From positions 36,456,001 to 36,520,000 of the forward strand of contig OX597832.1 in the NCBI GenBank assembly GCA_951406725.2: a stretch of 64,000 nt of DNA. The letters run 5' to 3'. The notes under the pieces were generated by a model. It was not told the DNA's origin. It ran no database searches and saw only the letters and a list, made by a program, of their open reading frames with translations. Source of the stretch: Octopus vulgaris. Its lineage: Eukaryota. Each line of letters begins with the position of its first letter. Position 1 is the first letter of the stretch. The position numbers and the translations under genes were made by a program. Below, piece by piece: positions 63,831-64,000 of this stretch.

Positions 63831-64000
63831 GGAATGGGTAATGTTAACTGTTGAATGGGGCCATTGTGGCTTTGGTATTGGTAGTTGTAAATGAAGTTAA
63901 TTTACCATTCCTATAACTCCAATTACCTCACTAACCAGAAACTTAACTACAAGATTATGGTTTTTCTCATTATAAAGTTAGAAATTCTCACAAATATTCT

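Larger units (their letters stand above)
56143..64000 (+). other. dlg1: dlg1 intron downstream of the L27 exon (continues beyond window)
   Basis: Starts GTAAGT; the expected next exon (DIQEFYE...) was not seen before 64000. Confidence 0.7.

Overview
AT-rich, microsatellite- and repeat-dense eukaryotic DNA, not prokaryotic. The SINE/MITE repertoire looks like an octopus (coleoid cephalopod) genome; this is an inference from recall, with no database search. The only clearly supported host coding sequence is one 132-bp internal exon (56011-56142, + strand, phase 1/1) encoding most of the N-terminal L27 domain of Discs large 1 (dlg1/SAP97-type MAGUK). I found neither neighbouring exon, so the rest of the window is probably very long intron. 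That DNA holds a layered transposon record: about 13 copies of a ~220-bp TTAA-flanked piggyBac-type MITE, a second TTAA MITE family, and a candidate deleted piggyBac parent; two hAT (SCAND3/ZBED8-like) transposase relics; a ~1.05-kb Merlin-like TIR element with an 8-bp TSD; RTE-type and R4/Dong-like LINE relics; at least four SINE-like families; and a degenerate 28S rRNA fragment. I saw no intact novel multi-gene system. The best leads are the piggyBac-MITE family (nested insertions that demonstrate TTAA targeting, repeated hits at one site, an inverted pair), possible RNA-level features of the dlg1 pre-mRNA (inverted repeats, a ratchet-like splice site, K-for-R codons that A-to-I editing could restore), and an unexplained ~80-bp degenerate array near the window end. 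Repeat boundaries were read by eye and are approximate (about +/-10-30 bp) unless a TSD is quoted.
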